Source: Dimorphilus gyrociliatus (taxonomy: Eukaryota > Animalia > Annelida). From it: a DNA stretch of 64,000 nt. The stretch lies in the NCBI GenBank assembly GCA_904063045.1, contig CAJFCJ010000003.1, positions 2,218,504-2,282,503 of the forward strand, in the 5' to 3' direction. Below the pieces are notes generated by a model that saw nothing but the letters and a program-made list of their open reading frames with translations, ran no database searches and was not told the DNA's origin. The translations under genes and the position numbers were made by a program. Shown here piece by piece: positions 16,674 through 30,414 of the stretch (positions are counted from its first letter, which is position 1; each line of letters begins with the position of its first letter).

Positions 16674-17688
16674 CTCAATCGGCAGTTTAAGAGACAGCCC
16701 CATTTCCCTGAAATGTTTTCGATCTTATTTGAAACTATCAAATAGCGAATTTGACCAATAATCCAACTTTTCTACAAGAAATTTCTAAACTACAATCGCC
16801 ATACTATTTTTTTCTTTTGTGAATTGAATCATCACTCCTGTAAGAGGGGTTTTTAACAGGTATAGTTTCCTTTCCAATTTTTGTTTAAACCCTTATTATC
16901 GCCCCAATATGTTTGGTTAGTTATATTTGTTTTCTGTCAAAAAGCTGTTTATATTTTATTCCATTCGGCTTTTAGAACATAAAGTACTAACTTATCAAGT
17001 CTATTAGTCTAACGTAAATTTTTTTATTTGCAAATTACTCATATTAGGTATGTGATTACTGAAAACTTTTTATCGTTTATTAGTCAACACTATCTCTTTA
17101 AGTCAACAGAAATCACCTTTATTGCAACTTTCTTCGACATACCAAGATTTTCGATAGCCTTTATTTATTCAATTTTATTCAATTACGTATGGCATTAATC
17201 CAAACATAAGAATAGGTAATGTGCTCAGTGTCATGTGAATCATTGAATTAAATCATTGAGAAAATCAATAATATAAATTAAATGAATTTAAATAGAATCA
17301 AACTGTGTATAGTATTGAAATATTTAAGCTGAAAAAGAGTCTTTCTATCCTGATTATCACACAAGATATAGATATTTTAAAAATTCGGATTTAATCAGAA
17401 TAGAAAGAGATCTTTGCGATCGATTAAAGCCTACATCTTTTTTGTGAATAAAAAAATACCGAAAATTGTTAGTACTCTAATTACTAATTCATATTATGAG
17501 TTGTTTCAAACCTTCAAGCAAAGTTCTATATAAAGTAGTTTAATATGAATCAATTGATTACCTTTTTTGAGAATTAACTATGTCATTATCACACGATGAC
17601 CTCAAAAATAAATAATATAATCTTATAAATTTTTTTCACAGAAATAAACTGTAATCTCGTTTAAATATATATTATACAAGGCTATAAG

Positions 17689-17717
<29 letters not shown>
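17689..17717. repeat. (TA)n microsatellite
   Basis: Perfect TA run. Confidence 0.95.
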
Positions 17718-17721
<4 letters not shown>

Positions 17722-18273
17722 GCAAAGTTATCTCTCATACTGATAATATATAAAAGAACTTAGTATGATACAAAATGATTTATTTATTTTTTTCATCCTT
17801 TTTATTCTGTTATTTCTTTTTATTTTCAAATATCTTTGTCCCTAAAATAGATTTATTGAAAAATAGATTTTAGATTAAAAGGTCTAGCCGAAGGCGTATT
17901 TATAACATCTGTTCGTACAAGTAGTTTGATTGAATGATTTTCCGACCCTGTTCAATATGTATAACCCTTTTAAGTATTCCTTTCAAGAGTTTCGGAGACT
18001 GTTTAGAAATTGCTCTTTTTTTTTTTTGAATTTAAATTCAGTTAGTGAAATAAATTCTCTTCGGAATTATTTATCTGTTATTTATTGACTGGTAAGAGAA
18101 AAGCTTAAATTTGTCTGTAAATAGTACGCTAATCCTATTAAATGGATTTAACATCTTTTTTGGATACAATTCAACCGGCTGAACTGATAATAAAATAAAT
18201 GTTAATATGTAAACAAGGAGGCCTCTTTGATGTAAATAATTTTAACCTTAAATATTAACTAATAGATCAGAAA

Positions 18274-21200
18274 ATGATGCATTCCACCTCACGTCATAAT
18301 ACTCGTTCTACCGAACGACTTTCGGAAGAAATTCGACAACCTCGAAGTCGGTCCAGAGGACGAGAAGGTGTTCCAACTGCTCATGTTTCTCCTCAACAGT
18401 TGAGAACTGCTCCACCAAGACAAGAAAATTCTCCTATTTGGCAAGAACCTCGCGTAAGAAGGGTTGATGAAGAAATGAGGAGAAGTAGTTCACAAAATAG
18501 ATTGTTAGACGATGGTTACGATTCATCTGGGCAATATTCGTCATCTGCTGGTAGTCTCTTTCGACGATATCAAGAGAGACCGGGACGAGAAGATTATAAC
18601 GCTCAGGTAAACTATTTTTCATTATTTTACTAAATCTACTCTTGACTCGTAAACCAATTCTATATTTTTATTACAACTATTTAACTAATCTCTTAATAAT
18701 TGAATTGACTATTTTTCTTAGAATAGCCGTAGAAAACTTCCTATAAAAGCTTTTTTACAAAGTAAACAAGTTATCATATTAATATTATATTTATTTTCTC
18801 ACTCTTCAGTATAAGACGAACTTCCTTTCTTAGTAGTTAATTTATTGTTTTAACGATCTCTAATTGTCTATGTTGCCTACGTGAAAAGATTCAACAAAAG
18901 ATGCGTAATGCTTAATATAGAATTACGCAAAAAGACATAAAATATTTACAAATATTAAATAAATGAAGTAGTTTTTATAAATAATTCTTCTTTTTCTGTT
19001 ATTCGAAAAACAGTTATGAGATTTCATGTAAATATATCTTTTATGAATGTAAGTCCCAGGGATTTTTTAACTGTATACACTCTCTTTTGTACCTTTCAAT
19101 TAAAAATCTCTACAAAAACCTCTAAAGAATTTTACAATAAGTATTAAAAGATAGTTTTTCATAGGTTTTTTTTCCCCTAGATAGCAAGACATAATTAGTT
19201 CTCGTGATTTGATGCCTTTTTTTAATTAATTCCTATTTTCTTAGCTGGGTTAAGAGAATATAAAATTCAAAAAAATATTTTATCTTTATCCTCTTATAAT
19301 TTTATAAAGAAAGAAAATTAAACAATTGTGCTCGTATATCGGATATGCTTTGTTTAGGCATTTATTTACTAATAAAATAGTTTTCCTCTGTTTATCGGCA
19401 TTTCCTCGACATTTCAATGAGACATATAAATCGACTCTCTAGCTTTATCTTTTTATACAATGTATAACTTTGTAAAAACCGGAAAGGACTTTATGATAAA
19501 AAGAGAAGATAAGATATAAGGTTGAAAATTTTCCCATCGCAAATATTTATTCGTTTCTTTACATCTCTAAAGGCGTCAATGGATAATATATGAGAAATAT
19601 TCTCATGGTTCAATCTATTGATCTTTTTCTTGATGAGCCATTAAGAAATTTAACTAAACGTTGAATATAGCTATTTGGTTTAGTTTCTTTTGCTTTGTCT
19701 TCTGATTAATTGATATCAGGACTGAATTTAAAGTTGGCGAATATTCAGTCGTCCCAGGCACTGTTTGCACTTTTCAATAAAAAACAAAAATAAGGCTCTC
19801 CTCTAGATAAAAAAGAGATCAATAATAATCTAATACACCCTTTAATCCGCTTTTTGAAAGAACTTTTCTCCTTTCAGCATGCCACGTTAGATAGTCTTGG
19901 AGAAGGAGTTAGAAGGATGATGTTTAACAAACCACCAAGACCACCCAGGGTAAGATTATTTATTTATTGAATTGTTAATAGTTTTCTTCACGGCACGATC
20001 TTAATTATTCTTAATATATAGATGGAAGATTGTGCCAATTGTGGTCGTCCTAAGTCCTCTGAAGGAAGAAGTTCTGCTTTGGAGCAATTAGAAAGGAAAT
20101 TAGGGTACAGACTTTCTTAATTTTAATGTACAATGAAAATTGCATTGTAATCTATATTACTTTATAGATCTGTTGAATACGAATTACGACAACACAAGCT
20201 TGAAACAAATCGACAGTTAATGGCTAAACAGCACGAATTAGATGAAACAATAGAGAACCTAAGACTTTGTAAATCTAATGCAGACGATTGGAGAATAAGA
20301 TTTGAGCAGAGTCAAAAATCATTAGATGAAACAAGACAAAAGGAAATAACTTTACAAAGATATTTAGAACATTTACCTACGTCAGAGACTAATGAACAAA
20401 ATCGATTAGAACTTCGTCATTTAAGGTATTGTTGTGGTTAACTATATGAAATTTACGAATGGTAATAGTCATTGTTACTCGTTTAGGTCAGAAAACGAGA
20501 GATTAAGAGATAGAGTTGGTAGATACCAAGAGGAAGCAGGAATGTTAAATCAAGAGTTAAATGATAAGGGAAAGTGCTTGAACTCCTCTAAACTTAGGGA
20601 AGAAATGCTAAGCGAGGAGCTGCGTAAGTGCCAAAATGAACTTGAAAAATTTGCCGACTCAAACACGGCAATAAAACTACAAAGAGAGTTAAACTCCACC
20701 CTCGCTGATAAACAGCAGCTTCAGTCCGATTTGGATAACGCTTATAAAGTACACGAGTTGTTAAAAAAGAGACTTAAAATGGCAGAAGACAAAGCCAGAA
20801 ATGAAAGTGTAATAAACTTCGAAAAAAGTTCTAGGGAAGAAGAGACTATTGCTGCCCTGAGAAGAGATTTAAACGACAAAGATGATATGATTGGTAACTT
20901 ACATATGAATATTAAAGAGTTAAGCAGTCAGCGTGAGAGTGTTCTTAAGCAAAATGTTGTAATGGAAAACAGGATTCACGAACTCGAAGCATTAAATACA
21001 AAAGAAATGTCCAAACTTATTACATCATTACTTGTTCAAATGACAGCATGTTCTGACGAGATAAAAGCCATTGTTAAATTCTGCCAACAAAGGGCTCTCC
21101 GAAAAGAGCCAGATTTATCATTAATGCTTGCAGCTAGAAGTTCTTCTCCGGAGGGTACTTTGAAGGAAAATATCTCTATAAAAGTACTTGAAGATAGGTT

Positions 21201-21306
21201 ACAAGATATCAGGGCTCTAAGAAGGGAAATTGATGACTTGAAAGACGTTATTTGTACACAGTACGCCGAAGAAATGGGTGATAACATGGTCTGTAATCAG
21301 CAATAA
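18274..21306 (+). CDS. CEP85: CEP85/CEP85L-family centrosomal coiled-coil protein
   Basis: C-terminus LQDIRALRREIDDLKDVICTQYAEEMGDNMVCNQQ and EPDLSLML resemble the CEP85 family. Long coiled coil. Five exons with a 1271-bp first intron (18607-19877). Confidence 0.8.
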
Positions 21307-21600
21307 AACCTCATTAGGATTTTTTTCAGGGAATAATCTGAAAGGGAATTGTAACTTTCTCTTTGGTGAGATGTTTAAATCAGGTGATGAAACACCAAAG
21401 CTGTTACATAGTTTAAAATATTTCACATATCACAAATATATCACCATTTATATAAATAACTACAATCAACAAAGAACAATTTTAAGTTTTATAAAAAATA
21501 TTTCATTCCATTGTTATATTATATTTTTTAATTTATTCAAAAATCTTTTCCTTAAATATAACCAAATTTATTTCAAGAATTGAATATTCAATTTTTTAGA

Positions 21601-21613
21601 CGCCATCTGCTGG
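21601..21613 (-). promoter_or_regulatory. Strong CTCF-like motif between convergent CEP85 and SH3BGR-like genes
   Basis: Minus strand CCAGCAGATGGCG(T), 13 of 14 positions match CCASYAGRKGGCRS. Confidence 0.55.
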
Positions 21614-21631
21614 TATAGGAGATTTATGAGG

Positions 21632-21632
<1 letters not shown>

Positions 21633-21662
<30 letters not shown>
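21633..21662. repeat. (TA)n microsatellite
   Basis: Perfect TA run. Confidence 0.95.
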
Positions 21663-21665
<3 letters not shown>

Positions 21666-21890
21666 TTATATTTCTATATTTATCTTTAATAAAGACTATA
21701 TTTGCCTCTATAAATTTATTGTTCCTTTACTGTGACATATATAAATCATAATATGAAGTCGATTTGAAACTCTAATAAATAAGCTCCTTTACTTATATGC
21801 TCCTAATTGACTTCTATAGATGGATTGCTAACAAAGAGAGATGATGATAAGACTAATCCTAAAGCCACACAACTTCTAGTTTTCTTTAGA

Positions 21891-22303
21891 TCAATCATCT
21901 AAATGCAGAAATTCATTTAAAGAGTTTTTCTCAACAGCTTCGCAAAATGCTTCATAATCCTTTAACATACAGTAAAAATCATTAATCAAATTTAATTAAA
22001 GAGATAGTATTACCCCGCAATATTGCGTGTCGTTAAATAATTGAGGCGGAATAGGAGAAGACTCTTTTCCGTTCTTACTATGTTCTAACATGAAGTATTT
22101 GTCATCTTCACAATGGGGATTTGAAACGTCGATTTCCTCAAAATCGATTTCAGCTGAACTTAAAGTTTGACGAATAAAGTTTTGTTGTTTTTTTATCTGA
22201 TAGAAAAAAATATATATTAAAAAAATGTTCTTTTTGTAAAAGATAATAAGCATTAAACCTCTGTTTTACCAGAAACACTAGAAAAGTACAATTTCACAGT
22301 CAT
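21891..22303 (-). CDS. SH3BGRL: SH3BGR/SH3BGRL-family glutaredoxin-fold protein
   Basis: MTVKLYFSSVSGKTE|IKKQQNFI..FEEIDVS..PIPPQLFNDTQYCG|DYEAFCEAVEKNSLNEFLHL. Three exons. Confidence 0.9.
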
Positions 22304-22320
22304 AATCACACGATACGACA

Positions 22321-22322
<2 letters not shown>

Positions 22323-22389
<67 letters not shown>
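22323..22389. repeat. (TA)n microsatellite, about 33 units, just upstream of the SH3BGR-like ATG
   Basis: TA run with one interruption. Confidence 0.95.
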
Positions 22390-22969
22390 CTGTATACAAT
22401 ATGAACGTTTGGCCTATTATATTGATATTTAAAGTAGGACTTGGTTCAAAATCAATTCCTGTTGATAAAAAAGAAAGACTATAAAAACTGATAGGCGTAT
22501 GAATTTTGAAATAATAGCTTATAGAAAAAGTTTACTTTTTACGTTTCAAGTTACTTAAAATATTAACAAAACAAGTAAAATTGAAAAGTTTACTTATATA
22601 AGAAAGAGGGGAAAAGGGAACTAATTTTCTTTTTCGTTTTGTATATATGAATAGTAATGATATAAAGTTTGTGTTTGTTATTTGGATTATATAGGTCTTT
22701 CAACAATCGTATTGAGACTCTAAAATCAGAGAGTGATTATTCGAAGAGGAAATATGTTATCTTTATGATATAGCCTATTCAGTTTTAGTGAATAGTATTC
22801 AATAAATATTTAGCGCTTTGTTAAAAGTCTTTGAAATATGATATATATATTTTTTCATTATTCATATTTTACTACCTGAGGTTGTTTCATAGCATACACT
22901 GTATAAAACAGTTATGAGGCAAACTATTTGATGAAGCTTTTGTTCGATATAGGCTTGCGTGTATGCAGT

Positions 22970-23043
22970 GGCCCGTTAGCTCAGTTGGTTAGAGCGCCGT
23001 GCTGATAACGCGGAGGTCGTGGGTTCGACCCCCATGCGGGCCA
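22970..23043 (+). tRNA. tRNA-Ile, anticodon GAT
   Basis: Acceptor stem GGCCCGT/GCGGGCC, D arm GCTC/GAGC, anticodon arm CCGTG-CT-GAT-AA-CGCGG, T arm GTGGG-TTCGACC-CCCAT, discriminator A. A and B boxes intact. T14 Pol III terminator at 23049-23062. Confidence 0.95.
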
Positions 23044-23408
23044 GATGATTTTTTTTTTTTTTACATATTACATACATTTACTTAGTATTTTCCGTTATTT
23101 TTTTCAATCAAGGCATTCTTTTGTTCTATTTGGACACCTTGTCCAAAAAAATGCATTCTTTATTAGTTCAAGAGAAATAATCAATTGCAAGGGATTTCAG
23201 TAGAATTTTGTTTAAAATATGCTAACAGAACAATCAATTCATCACAATTTTTATGATATTATCTACTTTTCACGATTTCGATTACTTATCGGTTTACAGA
23301 TATCGATTAATCAATAAGTTAAGGTGAAGGTCGATAATAAATCATCTTTACTTCATTTATTAAAAAATTGCTGATCTATAGTTCACTTGTCAATTGAAAA
23401 TATCAGAA

Positions 23409-24950
23409 ATGGAAGAATTTGATGTTATAGTTGTAGGTGCTGGAATAATGGGAAGTAGCACAGCTTATAACTGTATTAAAAAAGGATGTAAAACTCTCCT
23501 TCTAGAACAGGTTTTGTTTAAATAGACTTTCAAGTTTTGAATAATTACAAAGAATCTTCCCAAAAAGTTTCCATTACCTCATGCCAGAGGTAGTTCTACG
23601 GGTCATTCAAGAATAACTAGAAAAGCATATTCTAAGGAACTGTACGCGAATATGATGCCAGAAGCCTATAAATTATGGAGCGAGTTAGAAACGGAAACAA
23701 ACACTCAGATATACAAGTAATAACGAATATTAATTACGAGATATCTTTATCAGAATATTTCCATATAGGAAAACAGGTGGGATTATTATAGGAAAAGCAA
23801 ATGTCAGATATTCCGAATATGAAAAAGTTCTAAAGGAATTAAAAGTAATGTTTTATATATAGAAATCTAAAGTTTCTGATTGTCAATTTATCCACAAAAT
23901 AGACAGAAGTACTTTCTCTCACTGAAAATGAAATTGTTGAAATGTTACCAAACACAAATTATTATGGCTTTCAAGGAATATGTGACCCTGAAGCTGGTGT
24001 ATTATTTGCTGATAAGGCTGTTAAATCATTTCAAGTACTCTTTCAAGATAAATAAATATATAAAATCAATAAACATTTCTTGAAATAATTTTGTAGTCAG
24101 CGTTCCTTAGACGAGGTGGATCGTTAAAAGAAAATGAAAAGCTCGTAAATATTTCTACTGGGAGTATTGTTAAAATTACAACTACAAAAGGAATTTACAA
24201 TGGTAAAAGTTTGATTGTTTGTGCTGGATCTTGGACAAACAAAATACTTTCAGAACTGGATTTAAAACTGCCGCTTAACGTTAGCAAATCGCATTTATAA
24301 ACAAGACTTAAATATACTTCTGAAAATTTGCAGCCTCGATACGTTAAAGTATGCTATTGGAAAGTAAAAGATGGATTAAAAAAATCAAATCTTCCTGTCT
24401 TGATTGATGTTAATGGTGTCAACTATCACGGTGTAAGAGAAGGAGTTTATGGAACACCTCCAGAAGAATATCCCGACTTTTACAAAGTAACAAAACAAGA
24501 ATTTAATACGACTTAAACAATCCAACAAATATTAATTGCAGGTTTGTATGCATGGAGGTAAAGATCTATCTGATCCAGATTTCAGGGATGGATCCGATGA
24601 TGGAGAAGAAGTGAAAATTATATCCAACTACGTTTCAAAATATATGCCTTTCTTAGATTCAAGGCCAGCCATTGTGGAAACTTGTATATATACAATGACT
24701 CCTGATGAAGACTATATAATTGATCGTCATCCTAACTGTAATAACATTTTCTTCGGAGCTGGCTTTTCAGGTAATATTACAAATTGTAACATATTGTTTA
24801 TTGAATCTATCTAATTTTTTAGGGCATGGATTCAAGTTGGCTCCAGTTGTTGGAAAGCTGCTAAGTGAAATGGTTCTTAAACAACCAACTACTTTTAATA
24901 CTGCACCTTTTAGCCTACATAGATTTCGTAATTCTACTTCTAAACTCTGA
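23409..24950 (+). CDS. PIPOX: Peroxisomal sarcosine / L-pipecolate oxidase
   Basis: [18 protein letters not shown]-binding motif, [21 protein letters not shown] (flavin-attachment Cys region), [12 protein letters not shown]-terminal SKL (PTS1). Eight exons. Confidence 0.93.
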
Positions 24951-25107
24951 TAACCATATCAGAAAGAGAGCCTAATTATTAAGCAACCACTGATTATTAA
25001 CATATTAAAAAATATGAATATCGTAGATTTAATAAAAATGAAAACTAACATAAACTGTATTAATTACAGCTAAAAGAGAACTTAAAGATTTAATTCATAG
25101 GACAATT

Positions 25108-26370
25108 TTACAATATAGCTGGTTGATCATGAGTAGAAATTTCGTGGCTTAAATGCGTTTGTAGATCACTGAGCTTTTTCTTTAGGGTGCTTAAGCCGGA
25201 TAAGACAATAGTCTCTGGTCTTAGAGAGCCGCAAGATTCCACATTCATAAAGAACTTGCTAGGCTTTGAAAAAGGATCGTAAGGAGCTTCAGCTATAAAA
25301 TTTTTAAATAATGAATATCAGAATAATCCTTTGCACGGTGGATTTTAATATATCTAATATATAATACTAACGTTCTTCTTCCGGCAATTCGCTATATTCA
25401 CTCTTTGGCCTAAAATAATAATAGAAATGAGCAGAGTTCATTATTACAAGCTAAACCCTTACCATTCTTCAGGATTCGGATAAATAGTGTGCCTTAGTGA
25501 ATTATCTGGGTCATACTCAAAAGCGACCCCGGCTGTAGGGTTCCATTTTGCATGCTCTTTTGCAAAACCTTTGCGTGCTATAGCTTTTAGCTTGAGTTCT
25601 TGTCCTTTGCGTAACTTCACTATAATTATATCTGAAAGATAGCAAAATTTATACAAGCTCTTACACTTAGCTCTAAATTGAGTTTACAAACCTTCAACGG
25701 CTTCCGAAAAATCCGAAGGCATTTGACTTTGTCTGGTTGTCACCTAGTTGCGAAGATTTATTAACAATTTAAAACTCAGGTATCTACTAAATGACAAAAT
25801 AAACGTACGGGAACAACTTTTGGATTAGAAGTTAAGAGATCGGCGGTTGTAACTTGTCTTGTTTGTTCGTCTGAACACCTTACGTCTAGGGTAAATTCCA
25901 CACTGCATTCCGAACAAAACTCTTCGCATTGACAATCCTACAATATTGTAAAATTGTTTTAACAACAAAAATATATACAAATAAACTCACTCTTGTATAT
26001 TGCATTTTATCAATGACTTCGTCACAAGTTAATGGAATTAATCCAAGGCGATGAGCTATAAACTCATCAACTAAAACAGTGGAATTTTTTTCTATTTGAA
26101 TCCAATCAATAGCTAATATTTCAGAAAATATAGTTAATATTCTCAGTATATTTTAAACAATCATTTTACCTAGTATCGGCGTTTCTGCTATAAATACTCT
26201 TCGACAAGCATTAGCCACACTGAAATAAGTAGTTGTTTTATCGCTCGCTAAATAAACAGATATTTCAGAATTTGATAGTCTTACCTCAAGTCAGTATCTT
26301 CCAGAGTAAACTTTATATTTTCATTAGTTAATTCCGTTAACTGTACAATTGTTTGATTAGCGTAGGGCAT
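25108..26370 (-). CDS. POLR2C: RNA polymerase II subunit RPB3
   Basis: [45 protein letters not shown] zinc site, [20 protein letters not shown]. Eight exons. Confidence 0.97.
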
Positions 26371-26519
26371 GACTCAGTATTGTTGTGATCCTGCGAAGCC
26401 GCTAATATGAAAGATTTGACGTTTCGCGATTAACTGGTAAAAATTTTAGAATATTTCACTACACGTCGTGTACATCTGATACAAAGTAATATCATAATAA
26501 TAAAACAAAAAACCTCACA

Positions 26520-27625
<1,106 letters not shown>

Positions 27626-27880
27626 ACTAATTCCATTCAAAAAAATTTCTTTATCTTGTTCGTTCTTTCGAACTGAATTTAGCTAATACAATATTATAAA
27701 TCGTTAAGAATCTTATCGTCGAGATTAAAGAATTACAAAGAGATGCAGGCTGAATACCCTAATTAGTCTGTGGTAGTATATAGACCCAGCGGGTCAACTA
27801 ATCGATGTCAGTTGATGCTTTGACATTGTTGTGTGAGTTCCTTTCTTTGAGCCATTGACGCTTAGATTTATTCTGACAAG

Positions 27881-28585
27881 ATGACAAAGTCATTCCTATC
27901 TAGAATATATTATGAACGTAAAGTCCACAGAAGGACATTCTGCTTAGATCGTTTCAACATTAGTACAGACGAAGCAATAGATATGGAAGCTCATAGGGAT
28001 ACTCTTTGTGAAAAAATTTGGAAGGCCAGAACCTTTTCAATTATTGCTGAGGATGACAATACGAAGAAGATTAAAAAACAACTTCGGTTTATTAGACGTA
28101 AGCGTTTACATTTGCGCCGCCTTACAAATTCTATTAAGGAAGGAGAAGCTACTTCTGTGTGGTCGTCTGGAACTGAAGAATGCTTTGTTCAAGGAGGATT
28201 ACGCACTTTGGCTACTTTCGACAATAGCAATACACTTGAAGTTCGACTTCCTCCAGAAGGCTGTTCAGATTCCTCAGACAGCAGTTGTGAAAACTCTTTT
28301 CTCTCGACCTTTGATTGTGTTAATGAAGACCTTTATTCTTCGGATTCTTCTTCGGATTCCTCAGATTCTAGTTTAAACTTTTTTTGCGAAAATATTTATG
28401 AAGAACCAATCGAACCGTTCAAAATTCCCGAATTAGACATATTCTCTTCTTCAATTGAACCACCTACCCCTCCTAAACGCAAATCTTCAATCTTAAAAAA
28501 GAAAACAATGAAGAAACGTATATCCAAATTATTCAGTAGATTTCATTTAAAATCATGTAACAGTGTAGGATCGTCTAAAATGTAA
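27881..28585 (+). CDS. Intronless 234-aa protein of unknown function (basic helix, Ser/Asp-rich tract, basic tail)
   Basis: An uninterrupted 705-bp ATG ORF in AT-rich DNA, with higher GC than its flanks. No recognised domain. Confidence 0.7.
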   Translation: MTKSFLSRIYYERKVHRRTFCLDRFNISTDEAIDMEAHRDTLCEKIWKARTFSIIAEDDNTKKIKKQLRFIRRKRLHLRRLTNSIKEGEATSVWSSGTEECFVQGGLRTLATFDNSNTLEVRLPPEGCSDSSDSSCENSFLSTFDCVNEDLYSSDSSSDSSDSSLNFFCENIYEEPIEPFKIPELDIFSSSIEPPTPPKRKSSILKKKTMKKRISKLFSRFHLKSCNSVGSSKM

Positions 28586-28908
28586 ATTTTCAAAAAATAT
28601 GTATTCCCGCTGTATATATATATACAGTATATACCAGTTTACTGAGAAACTTGCTGTTTAATTTTGCAATCATAAGAGTCTTTGTAGACCTCATGTAAAT
28701 TTATAAAATAAAATAAAAAATATCTACTTGTCGAATATTATAGATTATCTAATCATAATATCTATCTTTTATAGAATTATAAAGCTTAGGCTAATGATTA
28801 CAAATACGATATAGATATTAGCTTGGATAGGCAATGTCAAAGGTTTTATAGCGATAATAGGAGCAATACATGCCTTGGTTTTTCTTCGAAATCATTCGAC
28901 AAATCGTT

Positions 28909-29507
28909 ATGTCATTTAAATTGTCTACAAAAGTAGCTTACTATCCTACTCTTCTATTTAATGTTTTAAGAGAGAAATTTGGGGTCACTAAATGGTATCA
29001 CGCTATTGATGATACTGTTATACTTGGAGCATTGCCGTTTAGAAATGTTGCGAAGAAGGTTTGTTTAATATCACTTTTAAGTCAAAATCACTCAAATTGT
29101 TTGTATTCTTTAAACAGTTAATTACTGAGTACAACATAAAAGGCGTTGTTTCAATGAACGAACTTTATGAGATGAAATTTTTTTGTCCTACGAAGAACGA
29201 ATGGTCGAATATGGGTGTTGAACAGATAAATCTACCAACAATCGACTATAGTGTACCTTCTTTAACTGATATAAGAAAAGGAGTTGATTTTATTAATCAT
29301 AAGAGAGATGAGAAAAGCACTGTCTATGTTCATTGCAAAGCTGGAAGAACCAGAAGCGCAACATTAGTAGCTGCTTATTTATGCAATAGGTATAACTATT
29401 CCCCAGAAGAAGCAGTAGAAGAAATAAGAAAAAAAAGAAGTCATATTTATGTTGCTAAAAGACATATTCTAGCATTGCATAAGTTTGTTGATTCTTCTCA
29501 TAATTAA
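28909..29507 (+). CDS. PTPMT1: Mitochondrial phosphatidylglycerophosphatase PTPMT1
   Basis: AYYPTLLFN, WYHAIDDTVILGALPF, catalytic VYVHCKAGRTRSAT. One intron. An alternative in-frame ATG lies at 28870. Confidence 0.95.
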
Positions 29508-29553
29508 TATATAAAGTTAATAGCATCGCTTTTCGATCTATGCACAAAATATA

Positions 29554-30095
29554 TTAAGATCTTGATTGCTTCTGTAAATAAGCAATCAATCCATACAAAA
29601 GAGGTCTGCAAAGAAAAATTGGATAATTATATCTTAAAATGTTGTTTTAATTGTTTAAATATGTGTCTTACATGTTGGCTGTTTCATCAATAATATTCAA
29701 TTCCTCACATAAAAGAGATCTTGGTAGTTGAGGTCCAGTTTGTCCACTTTCTAAGAGTTAATTCGACTTTATGCAAAGTTATAGATAATATTATAAAACT
29801 TTTTATTTACCAGTTTTTAATAAGGACGCTGTATTACGATAATTATTAAATTCCAGATATTCTATGATTAATTCATTAATAATAGCATTTTCTTTATTTG
29901 GCGGTTGTTTATCATCACTTTCATCTTGTAAACTTTTGAATATTTCTCCTCTTAGTTTCGTTTTTACTTCGTTTAATATACCCTTATTCTCCAAAATACC
30001 TCTAACAGCTAACGAATTTTCTCTTATTTAGAAAAGTTGATAAAAGAATATCATTACTTACCGGTTTTTAAGTCATCTATATTTGCTGTTTCCAT
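29554..30095 (-). CDS. CEP20: CEP20/FOPNL (LisH / FOP dimerisation domain), 120 aa
   Basis: Exons 30095-30062, 30008-29811, 29750-29672 and 29605-29554 encode LENKGILNEVKTKLRGEIF..ENAIINELIIEYLEFNNYRNTASLL..ESGQ..IPLLYGLIA. Confidence 0.9.
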
Positions 30096-30243
30096 TTTAT
30101 AATTATATAAATATTAAATTAATACTATTTTAATTAAATTTACAATGTAATTTCCTTGATATTTGTCAGTCGGACTAAAACTATCAGGTGCGCCTGTACA
30201 TGTTTTTCTTCGGAATGTCAAGGTCAAAGAATACTCTATAATT

Positions 30244-30255
30244 TTTGGCGCGAAA
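30244..30255. promoter_or_regulatory. Palindromic E2F site upstream of CEP20
   Basis: TTTGGCGCGAAA, about 150 bp from the ATG. Confidence 0.5.
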
Positions 30256-30414
30256 TTAAGTAAACGAAATCTTTCCGCTGATGTTTTCTTCTAATTTTTT
30301 TGCTATGAATGATAATAATCAAAGAAAAATTTTCTTATTTGAATAATAATAATTAAATAAAGTAAACAAACTGAAAAGTCATTTTGAACACTTATTCGCC
30401 ATAGTAAGATTCTG

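Noticed and set aside
17900-18015. Short minus-strand open frame (AISKQSPKLLKGILKRVIHIE..) in the ANKRD39-CEP85 gap
   Set aside because: Under 40 codons, with no start or splice support, no TE motif and no terminal repeats.
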